64,000 nucleotides of DNA from Raillietiella orientalis (GCA_036172245.1 JAYWIR010000008.1:3658001-3722000), one strand, 5' to 3'; positions 11,276-26,420 are shown, numbered from the stretch's first letter. The notes: generated by a model from the letters alone, not told the origin. Translations and numbers: made by a program.

Positions 11276-14200
11276 CCCTCCCTCCCCACATCAAGTTGAA
11301 TCGAAGAAATCATGTTTCTTTAGATCATAAGTCTGCCCGACCTCAGTCTCCGTTCATCTGTGAAAACATGGCAGCTGTGAGAGTGAAAGGTTCTGGATTA
11401 AGGGTTGCCACCTCCTCGAAGCAAAGTGTTTACCATCGTCAAAACATCGTATCGCTTTTTGTCAACCACCAACCATTCAGTTACCTATTTACACAAGCTG
11501 GATTTTCTTTCTCCATCACTCACAGAAACAGAAATCGCGAGATTTGAATCTGAAAAAACCACGACTTGAGAGAACGCCCTACTGAACTGACGACCAAAAC
11601 TATGCTTCCACAATATATATTCATGGCTTTGCATTCCATGCCACAAATTTCTGTCGGGTGAGATATTCGTGCACCGCGATTGAATTAATCACTGGCGGGA
11701 ATCTCATACGAAGCAATGGTTCTTCTCCACGAAAAAAAAGAAAAATGAAAAACGGGAGAAAGACTTGAAACTGAAGCTGCTCCACAACCCTTCATCGTCT
11801 TTTCACAAATATCATATCGGAGAGAGGCGGCATTCGGTTTTGGAGAATGTTCGGCCACTTGGATTCAGTTGTTCATTTTTCAGTTCTTCGAAAGGATTCA
11901 GTCTCCGGTTCTTCGAATAATAAGCAGCTACTAATTATGGAGATCGGAAAATTGTGCCATCTCGAGTCAAGAAGATGAAAGAAGAAAAAAAAAAATGGAA
12001 GCTTCCTCGAATGAAAATGGATCCACCCTGATGAGAACAAACAGGACCGGTGGTCTCATTGCAGAGATGCAGTTCTAATCTAGGCTTCAGAAAGTCTTAG
12101 AATGCTACAAAAATAAACGGAAAGCTGCTCCTTTCTCAGGGATACAAACATCTTTGCCACGTGATATGCAATAAAAGTAGAATGGGAGAGAACGTTCCCA
12201 TATAATTTAGATTTCAGAGGAATTGTGAAGAAATGATTGCACAATCTACTGAGCTTTTCAGACCATCTCCTACACTCCAAGGTTACGGTAAAAGAATGAT
12301 GAGTCTCAGGAATCCATCAAATGGAACTCTTAAATCCATGTTTCGCATAGTAAAAGACATTTGCATTTGTCCAGAACACATCATTCTTTTTCCTTTACCT
12401 CTTTATCTTCAGCACTTGCCCCACAGACTTCAAAAATTCAATTACAGAACACACTAGAAACGCAATATGCCAAAACGGGATTGCAGTTCGTCTCGCTCAA
12501 CTTCGAAGTATCGGTCTCGAATGAGAAGGACCAGAAGGAGGAAAGACAGATTAAAAGTCTCGAATATCGCTTCCTATGCTTTGGCGACTACACCGTGAGC
12601 ATCATCATCTCCATCTCCGGGATGATGATCCTAGTGAAATCTTCCTTGAAGACTGAAACCAGGGTGCTCCTTCGCTTGCGTGGTCAAGAGATTCGGAAAT
12701 TCTGGTAACGTTGGAGCTCTTCCGATGGTAAGAATTCAGCCTTCCGAACGTGCTGTGAAGAGCGCAAGGTCGAAGGTCAACGGGGTTTCTGTGCTCCACA
12801 CGGCCGAGTGATTGATGCTGTGCTTCATGGATGTAGAATCCTACAGGGCCTTCCGACGTTTCCCGACAAGAAGTCACTGAGCAGCAGCGCTGATTTCGAA
12901 TGTTTCTTCCTTTGGTCTGTGACCGCCGACACTAGGGTCACACGACGCAATGGTCGCGGATAACTAGTTGAAAAAAAAAAAAAAAAAAAGAAAAAAGAAG
13001 AGTGGCAGATGCAAAACATGATTTTAAGGATGTTATTCGTTTACGGGTTTGTTGTGATGCAACTGGCTGCAGTCAGCAAGTAGTTTTCATTTATAATGAC
13101 TGCTGCACATGAAGCAAATAATTGGCCTTCATCCGTGCTCCAGTAGGATTCTAAAAGAACCTAGTTGAGAATAGAGAGAGAGAGAGAGAGAGAAACTGAT
13201 TTAGTAAGATTAATGAAACTCGCAAATGCGGTAATTTGCATCGGCACTATCTGTTTACTGAGTTTCCATCATTTACGTCTCATTAAATCATTTCGTATCA
13301 TCAAAAAAAAGAAAATACATCGGGACTCGAGAAACCGTTGAATAGGAAGGAAATGAAAATACTTGCATGCCATGGTAGCAGCCCCTTTTGAGTCTTGACA
13401 GCGAAAATTCCACATGGCATTCGGAGATTGCTGCCGAAATTTTCTGCATTTTTCGATTTGTCACCGATGTATGCATCGGCATCACGCAAGCAAATGGCCA
13501 TTCTCCAAAGGAAAACTGCTGCTGTAACAGATTCCCAGACATCACTTCTAAACTTCATCCTCAGACCATTAATGGCAAGCGGCAATGAGAAGCAGCCGCA
13601 TCGGCGTCATGGCTTCCCCTGTGGTCATTGTTGCGTCATTTCATGATGTCAGCGTTTGCAGCATGGATCCCATACAAGCACGGGGCTTTTTCTGAAGTCA
13701 TCACCCTTAATTGAGAATCCTGAGCATTTTGTGTGTTCAAATGTCTTTTGGCCTTTTTATTTCACGTGAAAAGAAATATGCAAAATCAGGAAAACGTTCC
13801 TGCCAGGAACTCTCACTTGGAATGTGATGCAACGATTGCATCGCAATCACACGAAATCCTCGTAACTTGCTGGAGAGAAAGGCATCCGGAAATGCGCTCG
13901 TCGTTCTGAAGACAGCATCCGTACTCTTAAAACAAAGAATTGGGTCTCTACAGTTTGGTGAGTTGGTAAGAAAAGAAATCCATAACACACAAAAGAAGAA
14001 AAGCCTAAGAGGAACAATGGCAGTAACCTTGTTGCACACGCCGACTGCCTGGGAATTTGGTTGGATGTCTCGTAAAGACTTTTCGGTTTGATCTTTCACC
14101 TTCCATCACTTTTGTCTACACACGCTGTTTCATGATTTCTGTGAGACAGAAAGTTCTCGTAAATGGTTTTACTTTCGTGATTTCAAAAGAACCAAGCGTT

Positions 14201-15175
14201 CGCATGGTATTTCTTCCTCGGGATGTGGAAATTCCCTAGACGCCTCTCATTTCCTTTCCTATAGATAGTTGTGTGTTTTCTGTTTGTCCTCTGATGCTAG
14301 GGATGAGATACCACTAGATAACAATCTTTGCTCCTCTGCTGCCAAAGCGCGAGCCAGTCTTCACGTTGTGAAATCCACGTGATTTGATTTGAATTTAAAA
14401 TTTGAAACGGCCCTTTGTGTAGTCTGAGTTTTTTTTTTCTTCTTACAGATTTTATTTTGTGATCTTCGAAAGGACTTTGGAGATTTGTCTAGCAGAAACA
14501 TGAAGAATCACGACTGTCTGCAATGAAATCGAAACGCAATGAATTCTTGTCAACATTCAATTACCAGAACCAACGGCACTAATTTTGCCATTCTTAGATG
14601 TAACTTCTCAGTTTATGAGAGGGAGGTGGCGCTGGAAAAAGTACTGCAGCAGCAAGTTTGGAGGAAGAAATCCTACGCGAACGCTTGGCTTGCTTGAAAA
14701 AGATGAAAGCTCAACCATTTATAAGAAAGAGCCTTGGTCTCACGGAAAACATAGTAAAGCACATGTGGATGAAAACGACGAAGAGTCTTCAAGAGGTGAC
14801 CAACCCAATTCCCAAGCGATTCGGGAGCACGCTTAACGGAGGCACCACTGCCGTTCTGAAATCCTTGCCTTTTCGCTACAAAAGAGTGAAGCTGGTGAAT
14901 CTTTTGACCTGCTTTGCTGCATTTACCGTTCCCGCTCGTTTCACGCAGATTCCGAAGTGGTCACGGATCGCAGGTGCACACCAAATCTGCATCTCCACCG
15001 TTCTCCGGCGCGAAGATCTGAGAAGGCATCTTTCGCGACCCGGACACGCGGTGTGCCTTCCCTGACACGGGCGTAGGGAGTTTCGTGACGCGCCGGCCCC
15101 TATTGCCCATGGGCGGCAAAGGCAGGGCCCGCCCCAGCGCTCCCGTCCTCTCTTGGCGGTGCAACAATGGAGCGG

Positions 15176-15187
15176 GCGGCCATTTTG
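15176..15187 (-). promoter_or_regulatory. YY1/Pho-like motif in a GC-rich patch just upstream of the ANKMY1-like gene
   Basis: CAAAATGGCCGC on the minus strand, about 90 bp before the candidate ATG at 15274. Confidence 0.4.
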
Positions 15188-15273
15188 CCAAAGAGCGACC
15201 GCACCTTCCGAGCTTCGCGCTCGTCCTCAGTGCTTCCCAAGCCCAACGTTTTTGGACAACAGAATTGATCCGA

Positions 15274-18200
15274 ATGGATGGGAAAGACATTCACTTCTGC
15301 GACAACAAGGAGGTGAAGTATGCCTTTCTTATCAAACCTATCCTTCTTGACCGTGCGGCCTGTCATTCGTATCTGCCCCCACGTATCGTGCTTTGGTTGA
15401 GATCATCGGGGTGGTGCACTCGCAGATTTTTTGCCCCTTCATTTGAATTTACATGCATTTCAAGAGAAGGAAACACACTTTCGGTGATTTTGGACCGATG
15501 TTTGCTCCAAATCAGGGTGTGATTTCTTCGACGTAAGGGGACTCGAGCCGTGAATCATCATCTTCTTTTGTTTCTGCATAGTGGTATTCAGGAAGACTGA
15601 AGAATAAGGCTTACCATGGAAAGGGAACTTACTCATGGGGAGACGGATTTACTTACATTGGAAGATTTTACTTGAACCAAATGGAGGGATATGGAAAATT
15701 ATTTTATCCCAATGGACAGCTGTTTCAAGTAATTCCAGTCATTCCAAGTTTTTATACAGCAGTAAATTTTGTTCTTTTCGAAGGTTCCACTTATAATTTT
15801 CGAAATCGGATGAATGCACATTCTTTTACATTTAATTAGAGCTCCATACCGTGGAAAACCCTAATTGTAATCCTTCCGTGTTTCGTGTTGAGTTTTGCTC
15901 ACATTCCAATCCATACTTTAGTAATTGCTTAGTCGCGTAACGAAGCACTATTTTTGTTTTTATTTCTTATAAGAAAGTTCGATCGATCGATGTGATTCAC
16001 ACGATAGGATCAGTTTTTTAAAACAAGCCAAGGGTACGATAAGATTCGCGTGTGACGGCACATCACATACACTCTTTTTTTCTCTCTTTGCTCTCAGTCA
16101 TTGTCCCCATTGCGGTGTGAGTTGCGAGGCGAGCTTTTCCGCCATGTCTTGTGTATCCCTTCAGGAGTGTCCCCAATTTAAACTGGTTCCTCCAGGTTGA
16201 AGCTGCTTCCTCCAGCAAGGAACCGTATTTCCTGAGTATAGCTGGAGACGTCCGAGTTATCAGGGATTGCGGCGAGGGTTGTTCTTTTGAGAGCAGGGAG
16301 TGAAACCATCCGTGGTCATCTTGTACAGTGACCAGCCGTGGATCCTCAAGAGCATGGTCCCACCGCCGAGATTATGTACACGGCACAAGTTCTGTGGGTG
16401 GGAATAGTGTGTGCGTTTCGTGCGAAGTGTTTCCGGGTGCCCACACATCGGGAATTTCCCGTTCTTCGGGGGCATGGCCTTACTTGTTGTTGACAATCAT
16501 TTGCTGGTGTCGAGAAACTCCGAATCGGTTTCGTGTCCTGGTGTCACCTGATGCCCACCTACGGACTGGGGGCATACTGCATCCCATTTCGCTTCTTCCG
16601 GTATTGACTTTCGGCGTAGAAAACCGCCGCAGCTCAAATCCTTTCGATCGCCCGATCAGCAGCAGCCCGGTCGCTCCGTTTTTTAGATCCCACAATTTGA
16701 TCCAAGTTGTAGCTTAGATTCTCTCGGTGCGAGCACTTGGGCTTCCGTCGTGCATCCAGGCCCTTTGAGATTCTTTTTTTCCTAAAGCAATCGGATGCTG
16801 CAGAGAGAGAAAGGCCAACAGGAAAATTTAGGAGGAGAGGGATTCAAGGTGTGATCGTCGTGTGGATCACCTCGAAGTGTTCAGAGGTAAAAAGTATAGC
16901 CCAGCCAACCAACGTGTTTTTTCCGAGGAGAACCGGACTTGATCTCAGTCACAGAGTTCTTGAAGGCGAAACTCTGAACCTCGAGAGCGAATCTGATGGG
17001 AGTCTTACGTAACTAATGTTACCTAAAATAATTGATTGCAAGATTCCTTTAACAAACGTGTGCTGTAAAAACTGGGCGCAACTGCAGAGTTTCACAGTGT
17101 GGCGCTCGGATGGACGTCCCATTCTTATAACGAATATAAGAATGGGGCGCCAATTCGATGACGTTACTATACGTTTCGTAAGTACCAATTCTATGTGAGA
17201 ATTATTACAAGCACTGACACTTTCATTATGCACACAGCATTACGTAATTAATTGCCGATTCCCCATAAGAACGCAGTTTACTGTGATCACCTGGGGTTGC
17301 TGTGATCTGCATGAGAATAAAAGCCGTTTCGCTCTGTTTTTCAAGATGGTTCATGTGCTGAGGTTCGGTCGACGCTGTCATGAATACCAGAACCGGTAGA
17401 TCTGGAGGGAGCCTATACCCTTCAAGATAGGCAGACATTTGCTGCATCAGCGTGAGGGAAAGAACTGATTCTCAATTCTTAGACATCGCGAGACCACATT
17501 GCTGTTTCCATCTCACCTTACAGAGAACTCTGTCGCTGCTCGCGCGGCACTCGGCAACGCTCGCTTCTCGACTGCTGTCCTGCATCTTCACGACATCTCG
17601 GATCCGCTTCCCGCTTTTCGACTGAAGACATTTCTGTTTAGCCCTCCTCTCTCAGAATCGCGTGGTACTCCAAGCAGCTCCCTGTGAAACAGCAATTCTT
17701 CGTGTGAAGCAGCAGCAACGCATCGCGTGAAATTCTGCTTCTTTTTAAGGGATCATCAAGGAAAATCAGTCGAAATCCGGAAGTCAGAGTCGACTTCTGC
17801 AATGCTTGGAATCTCTGTCGCACGTGATTCTATTGCTCTTTCAAGTGTTTCGTTTCTCCGAACGAACAGTGTCTTCTGTTGGACTTGTCGCAGCTGCCGT
17901 TAGTTAGTCATTTTCGGTGGAGACACGCGGTTTGCAGTTGGGTTCCGTGACTTTTGGGTGGCCTCGACAAAACAGAGCCTAAACGTGCTCCAGCTGCTTT
18001 CGCGGGAATCTTTCTCATCTGTAGGTGAGGACTCGTTCTTGAAGCAAGTCCATCCACCAGTTCAGTGAAGCCACACTTCAGTGCAGTTGGTCCTTTTGTT
18101 GACATAGTTTAGAAAACCTTTACCATTCTAAAATATCCAGCCGCTTACCGATGCTCTGCGATCGTGCACTGCCCAACGCAATTTAAAAACTTTGGGAAGC

Positions 18201-21200
18201 GTTCAGTACATTCGGGTGGTCAGACGATCTGGCTGGGGTGAATGGAGTCATTCGAAGATGTTAGGAAAGCGCAGAGCCATCAAGAGAGGAGATAAAGTAA
18301 GGAATAAGAAAATTCAGGGCGGATAGAAAGCGCAGAGCCGTTTCTTGTGGTGGTTCCATGTTTTCTCTTTGAAAAACAAACAAAAAAAAAACGCAATACG
18401 GAATGTTTTCTGCCTTTTTGATCCAAACAAAACTTAGGGAACGAAGTGTTCTCGTGGGAAGTTCTAACCGTGGCGGATACTCTCAGTTTACCGAAAACCG
18501 GGTTTGTTGCCGTGACCGCGCACGAAACTCTCAGCCCGTGTCGATCCGTTTCCCATCTCAAGCGAACATACAATTTAAATATGCTCTGCCATGGTATCCA
18601 GACGGAATAGAAGCCGTTCGTTAAGGGTTCCTAAAGCTAAAATAATAGATGTTTTAATTACACCCGAAAAGTTGGATGGGTGTGGAGTCGAGCTGCGGAA
18701 CATCGAATCACGAGTGGAGTAGGCTTGCCGTAAGATGGCGGTGGCACTCCTGACTGGGGAACGTCATCGGAGATCACAGGTATGGCCATCCCTGGACTAG
18801 GTCATTGCCTGAAAATTCACTAGTCACAATGAAGATGGTGATTTTGCACAAAAGAGAGGAGGAAAAGCAAGCGAATGCACCAACCTACTTGGGATGTCTT
18901 AGCTTGACCTGCTCCCGTTTCTTTTCCTGGTCAATAGCATTCGGAAAAAGGGGATGATGGGAGGAAGAGGGAACGCAAGGAACGGATGGGCAAAGAGCGT
19001 CCTGTGCATTCCCTACCACAGCTGGGGAGTCCCAACTCCTTTGATCCAAATCGTGGCTGACGCGGATGTCGCAACAGACACCGTCATTCCGTAGTAGGTA
19101 ATGCATAGGACGGATGTTGCTCATGAAACCGCTGGGTCCAAGAGTTCTTTTTCTGCTGTGTCTATTCACACAGAGTAGAGAGCGGCTTCCGAGGTACTTC
19201 AGAAACTCGGAAGCCGCTGATTCTCCGAAGAATCTGCAGAATCTTGACTCTGACTGATAGACGACTGAATTTGTAGGGAACGGGGGGGGGAGGAGGTCTG
19301 AGGAATCCATCTGAGGAGGACGCAACTGACATCCAATTATTATGCAGAACTGCTGCTGCTAAAGAAGATGAGGGTATGAAAGAAGCGTTTCCTGCTACTT
19401 TGCGAGAATGGAGAAAACCTGCCGTCTCCTCTGAATTGTCAGCTGGGCATTAAGAAACCATCTGCCTTCCTTGACCTTGTCGATTCTCATCTCCCGGTGA
19501 AGGTGCAGCTGGCAACTTCGTAGGGAACACACGAGCAGCGTCGGAAGATTGCTCGCATGCAGCAAGCTACGAAGAACGCACCGAGTTGTAGCTGGGAAAC
19601 ACGAAGCAGAACCGAAACACTTGTAAAGAACATCAAAGAACTCTGAACCACCCTGCCGTGACGTAAGAACGAGGAAACAGATGGGCACATCTCGACGTGT
19701 GGGAACTGGGAACCGCAACATTCCGGAACAATCCGGAAATTCGAAGCAGCTGAGGTGCCAAAATAACGAACATTTAGGGAAAGCAAGTGTCAACGAACTC
19801 TTCGCGGCGAAATTTGACTGCGCACAACTCCATCGCCTCGAGTTTCCGCAACAACGCGAAGATGGATTTCTTCAACCCACAACCAGTGGGCCTAGAAACA
19901 GCTCCGATCGTATCAGAGAGGGAAGGCTCCGCAGGGAGAAAAGTCGAAGTGAATTGGATGCATGCGACAGCTTACGGCAACACCATCAGAGGTTTCGCCT
20001 TAACCTCTCCGGGACGCAAATCAACGCATTGGTGTTTGGGAATCAAACACCAGTGTGTCGATTGATTCCTTGTTGCCGGAAGAGCCTCGCTGCAATGCGT
20101 GCTCCCGAATGATACAAGTAGGAGCTGGAGCAGGAAGTGCGAACAGCAGCGACCGAACTCTCCGAGACACATCATCTTGAAGTCTTGCAACAAGGAATGA
20201 AAGGAGTAGAGAGCCAGCCAGGCGATCTGTTAGCGGGCAGTCTAGCTGGGCATCCCATCCTAGTGGTCCTTTGGTGCGCCCACCTCCACAGGCCGAGTTT
20301 CACTAGCACCTGTGTAGATACCAAACTCTCGAGTCCCCGGAGCAAAGGTCACCATCCTCTTGGCAACGCGCCATACCACTCAATCTCTGTTGGCCACGAT
20401 GCTCAATTTCCATATCGATAACATAGACAGCAACACTTCCTTCGCGGTAGATGCAGCAACCCATGGTCCCCATCTCGAAACTTGCTCCTGGCTGTGAGGT
20501 TGCTGTTCGTGCTTTTCGAACTCCGCAACGTGGCTTCTCGTTCTTGGGGTTGGACTTGCAAGAAGAGAGACCGGAAAACGTCTGCCTCCGTACTCACCTC
20601 GAACAGCGAACAAATTCATGCAAGTTCGAGTGGTGGTCCTTGGGTTCAAAACTTGCAAGAAGGACGCTCCGCTGGGACTTGGCCACTCCAAGCAGGGTTT
20701 CTTGAAGATGCTTTATGAAGATGCGACCTGCCAGCACACCAGAAAGTGCTCCACTCGATCAGCTCCCTTAGAGGAAATACTCACGCGAAGGAGAGGGCAA
20801 GGGGTGGAGGAGGGAGAAGAGATCAAAGCCATCACGGGAGTCTTCACGAGGAAGCACAGTAGGTTTTTCCCTGATCTCGAGAATCCCGTGAGATGAAGAA
20901 GAAATCTCTGCAATGATCTGCATGCGCAGAGAAAGGTCTTCGTGCTGCTCGACGCGAAAAGAAAGGTTCCCAATCGAGGCACTCGAAGACGCCGCAAGAA
21001 ACGCGATATTTTCGAAAGAGTGCCGAAACGCTAGTCGAAAAGCAGCGAATCACCGTTGCAGTTTCCGGGAACTGCTGCTGCGAGGAAACCCAACTGGCGT
21101 AGTCCCTGGCTGGGATCGATCATCCTGGCAATCAAAGGGAAACGGTGGATAGCAAGGAAGGGCAGCAGCAGGACCCCAGCAACTACAATGAGCACCATGT

Positions 21201-24200
21201 TCCGGAGAACAACAAGGTTACCGCTCAAGAAGGTTCGTAGGTTCCAGCTTCAGGGGAAAGATTAGTCGTCGAAGAAATTCCCAGGTGCTTTAGTTACCGG
21301 GAAAGAACCGCCTTTTCCAGCATTTCAAAACTGGTGCTGCTATTCCGATGTGTTATCTGTGGCATCGGAATTCTACATCGACACTACAGAATGATTCGTG
21401 CTCTTTTGTGCCAAGCCTTCTTTCCCGCAATTCAAAATTCAAATTCTCTCAGAACGGAAGGGCTCCAGTGATGCCTTTCTGTACAGATGTTTTCAGCTTT
21501 CCACTTCCCTCTTTGATTATGATTATATTGGCTCTAGAATCTACACTTCCTCGAAGCCATTTCTGTAAAGACCTTAGCACACTTTTGTTTCCCTACGAGG
21601 GTGTCGTCCGATTGGAATGCAAGGATCTTGAAGAATAATTCTCGAGGATTAAGACCACACTACCTGCAACACCACAATGCCGCAGCATTGTATCTAAGGC
21701 CATCAAAAGTAGCGCAGCACTGCATCGGTAATTACTTTCGCGCTAAGAAGTAATTCGACCTTCAAACCCAACGCACAACGCAAGATGCGCCTGATTTCCA
21801 TACTTGTCGGTGTGATTACTTGCTGGCCACTGGGGCTCCAAATCGGAATCCGGTCGGCCAGCCCGTGTTCTTCGTAAAGGGCACAATTGACGCGTGCTTC
21901 AGGTGGTGAACGTCTGCGTGATGAAATCCCCAATCGCACGTGCTATGACATATTTTGCTTCTTCCTTCCCTTTTTCCACTCAACGTGAGCGTTACCGGTA
22001 CTCCCTGATTAACACAACAGCACCGATCAAGACGACCGACCTGCGCTGCATGCCGACGTCCACGAGCGACCGAGGAAGTGAATCACCGGAAGACAAAGAT
22101 GTAGGCGGCACGGGACCGACTGTCGTTCCACGCAGCCGACGTGCAGGGTGGGCTCCGTGGCGTCACGGCTACAGGGAATCGGATCTGAACTCCAGTACCC
22201 GAGATGGGACTTTTCCTTGCCTTCTCCAGTGTGGGACTAGGAGTAAAGCAGAATTCTGCACTTCTTCTCGAGGTCTGCTGCACGCCAGATTTCGGAGTTC
22301 GGAAACGGAAACGCAATCGGCCGACTTGAAAATTGCGACAACGTGAGAATTTTACTAACCCAAAGTTCCGTGAAGCAGTACAGATCACCGTCGGTAGAAA
22401 CATAGGAAACTCCTACATGCCTTCGTCGCACTCCATCGGGGAAAACTCAGGCATTGGGGACTCTTGCAGGACCCTCGCTGCTGTCTCATCCTACTCTGTT
22501 GAATGCACGCCGAAAAAACCACCACGCATGTGGTGTTTCACTCCATTTCGCCTGCATTAGCGCTTTGTTTTTTTTGTTTTTTTTTTCGTTCTGAGACAAG
22601 ATTCTCATCACAGTAGCTGAAAGCTGAAAGTAGCCGATTACCAAGGGTAACGAGGCAGCACAAGCCTCCACCCGAGAGGCAAATGGCTGGATCTTTCAAC
22701 GAGCTAAGAGATAAGTGCTATGGTTACAGAAGGCTCTCGCCGCATTCAAAAGTAAAAGCAATGTACCATGAGCTACTACTATCTATCAAAGAAATTCGTG
22801 TTGTGAGTGACATGCAATATTGACTCGGCCAAAAAGGCACGCTTAAACTGCCGTATGTATAGCTCTCGAGCAAATTCGAAAGTAAGAGCCCATGCAAATG
22901 AGGCTCAAACTTACGGCGGTGTGAGCAGTGGAATTTACGCGCCGAAGTGGCTAGGAAAACCACACAGTAAAAGTGCGACTCTTATTTGAAATGCTTACAC
23001 TTGTGTTTCGTGTTCACAGTGATCGATTTCGGAATTCTCCCATTTTCATAGGGGTTATTCAAGGAGAACAAACCGTTTGGTGCAGGAATCATGCACTACC
23101 CCAATGATTCCGAAGATGTGGGGTTTTGGCTAGGAAAGTACTTGGTTCGCCTGTGCACTAGAGAGTGGAACAGAGATTTTCTGAACAATTTTGAGATGCT
23201 CACGTACATCCCTTTGGACAAGGGGAAGCTGAGCATCCAAGTACGAAAGGTATTTTAGACTCCGAACGCCTTATGCTATCACGTCCAGAATAAAGAGGAG
23301 GGAATACATCTCCTCTGAGGGTCCACTATCCCTTGTGGACCTCAGTTACTACCGACACTGGAGGTGTTTGGCTATAGATATTCAAGCATGTGACAAAGAA
23401 GCGGATATCATTGAGGATGGGACGTTGTTGGCATTGAATTCCTCTCCTTTGCTCTGCGAGATGCAGTTGCTCGCTCACTCTTGCGGGAAGCAGAAAGTAT
23501 CAGGATCCAGCACGAGTTTCGTAAACGCGGAAAACTTTCATTGCTACAGGAAGAGATCGGGAGGGATATCGATCGCATTCTCCGCAGAAGCAGGCCAAGC
23601 TGCGCTCAATCTGGCATCCGAGAGAAATGTAGCATCGCGTTGCTAAGAGGATGCGTGGTCGGCAGCGAGGAATCCGTAAGTGGGCATTTGTGGAATGGAT
23701 CCTGCTATCCAGATCTTCAAGACTGCCTAGGTATCTCACCTCTGTTCTTAGCCTCGGTAAATTCGACCTGAATCCAGCAAAGCATTCAGCGTGTCTGATT
23801 AGATTTACGGGCACTTTCAGATTGTGTGCATCCTGCTCAAAGCGAGGGCAGATCCCGACATTCAAACCGACGACGGATTGTCCGTAATCGCCGCTCTGTG
23901 TAATCAGATTTACCCTCTTAACGCTGAGCTGAGCGAGCCACTGTGGTCTCTGCGCACGGCGGCTTCGTCGGCGGACGAATTTTCCGACGAGAAAATCCCC
24001 GTCCAGAAGCGAAACTTTGATGGAGAGGCTGCGCCTTCGAACGCTGCGACAGACTGCGACGCTTACGCAATATCCAGTTCTTTGGAAAGTACAGATAGTA
24101 GCACGGGTGGCAGCATCTCCAATGAAGCAATGAATCCTGCTGTCGAAGATGTGCCAGAGAACAACGCACCTGCTGATGGATCCGAAGCACACGAACGGAC

Positions 24201-25812
24201 ACAAAACAAGTCCACTCAGGAACCTCCGATGCGGTTCGAACACTGGAAAAGAAGTCCTTTGTTTGGACTTCCAGACATGATGGCCAGAGAGGAAGAATGC
24301 CCTTTTTGTGCTTTGCTTCCAGACGGCAAACCTTTATGTGATTACATTCCGGAGTGAGAGAGCATCTTGCGGCTGATTTGCCCATTGCTTATTTTTGTTT
24401 CGCATTTTTCAGAAATAAAAAGGCCAAAGAGATATTCCTGAAATTACTACGCAACGGGGCCGATTGCAACCGGGCAAGATTTCCCGTACCGTTACTGATG
24501 CACGTGACCTTGGCTTCGGACATACAAATGGCTTGCTCTCTGATCAGAGATCACCACGCCGATCCCAACTGCACTACTGGAACTGCAGTTAAGAGTCCCT
24601 TTCAGCAGATGTTCTTTTCTTTTTTCTTGATCCCTTTCGAAGCATTTTTCATACGAAAAGATGACCGCGCGTGGATCCGAAAAGGCTGTGGTGACACCTT
24701 TCTTTGATGCTGGGAGGGAAACTTGGTTATCGCTGTCACCCGTTGTTCAATCTTTCCGATGAGGAACGTCTCTGGGACTCGCTTTTCGCAAACAGTTCTC
24801 ATGGGAGTCTTTTGTCTTTATCTCAGCAGGGAAAAGAACGTTGTACTTGACCTTCACGGGTTAGATCTTTTTCCTCTTTTTCTTTTTTGTTTTCTATAAG
24901 ATTTCCCAGCTATTTGTTTTACGCGACCCACTATTTGTTATTCCGCTGATTAACGATTCCTAAAGTGAAATGTCAAGTCACGAGTTCTCATCGAACACAC
25001 ATACAGTCATTGAACCCCAACGCCTTTTGGTGCATTCGTCTCTCGCATTTGTGCAGCATGCAGTTTCTGAGATCAGTTTTCAAAATTTACGGAAACCATG
25101 GGTGACCATTCAGCTTCGTCTTCCGAACCACCGGACGCCTTAGGGTGCAGAAGAAATCAAACGGGATGGTTCTTCTCTCCGCTTGATTCTCACTGGGAAA
25201 AGCAGGAAGAGTATTCCTTTTTTTTTTTTTTTCTAGACACTTCGCCGGAATACGGCAATCGTTGTGTCCAAATCAGTCCACTAATTCATCTATTCCTCTG
25301 CGAACTAATCCACTCAGACGATGATTCATGAAACGATTTCCTTTCACCTTGATGACCCACAAACGCGTTTCCCGTGCGTTTCGGCAGTGTACGCACACAC
25401 ACACCCTCGCGATGTTTCACAGGAAGCGTTTTACTGCACGGGGTCGACCCCGTGCCTTCCTCAAAGGCTGGTTGCCTCAGCTTGGCCAAGCCGGTCTGCT
25501 GCACGTCTTGACGAAACACGAAGATCCTCCCTTGGCGTTATTAGAATGTGCTTTGGAAGCTCGGGCTGATGTGAACCAGCAGATGATGGTAGGCAACCGA
25601 GATTCGCGAGCGAGGGAAGGATGTGCCTCTTCACCAAATGCCCTTCTTTATTAGAGCGACCATTCATTCATGACAGCGCATCAGATCCGCAGAGGATTTC
25701 ATCCCACTGGAGGCAAAACTCCTCTTCACATCGCCTGTAATCGAAGTGACCAGGTAAAACCACAACTGTGCATTCTGTTGATACGGTTTCCTAATGCATA
25801 GTCTTCTCTAGC

Positions 25813-25846
<34 letters not shown>

Positions 25847-26360
25847 GCCACAGCTGAAAATCCAGATTCGACCATCTTCATTTTTATTTTTTATTTTTTT
25901 TCGTGTAGGTATGTAGGCGACTGAGTTGCCTCGGCCTTCGTAATATAAATTCATGACAAAAAAAAAGAAAAGCAGGTTTACATTTTGTGCGTGTCTGTAC
26001 GCGTGTTCCAAGCACTTTCTGTTGTGTGGTTCCAGGGACATTCGATGTAAGTTCGATGTTCCACAGAAACACTCACACGGAGAACACGTGTAAACGATAA
26101 GGCAGGGTCTCTGGAAGGCGAGAGCACCCAACATTCCCACTTGAAGAAAGTCAGCTCTTTCCATAGCCACTGGATGTGTGCGTGCGTGCGTGTTTCGTGC
26201 AAAGTCAAGAGCAGAATCAAACTTCGTATTCAGTTCCCCCCCCCCCCCGGATGCACGCTGGGGGATGTGTTTGCACGATAGTGAGACAGAGTGTTGTAAT
26301 AGTTGACAGTTGTTGTAGTAACGGGGCCGGGGTGATTGCTTGGCCAATAATGGAATCCGC

Positions 26361-26420
<60 letters not shown>

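Noticed and set aside
14620..14650. EGGGAGKST P-loop-like peptide
   Set aside because: Wrong GxxxxGK spacing, preceded immediately by a stop, and no Walker B context.
21031..21228. Hydrophobic, membrane-like minus-strand ORF
   Set aside because: Better explained as the antisense of a hydrophilic, A-rich plus-strand frame.
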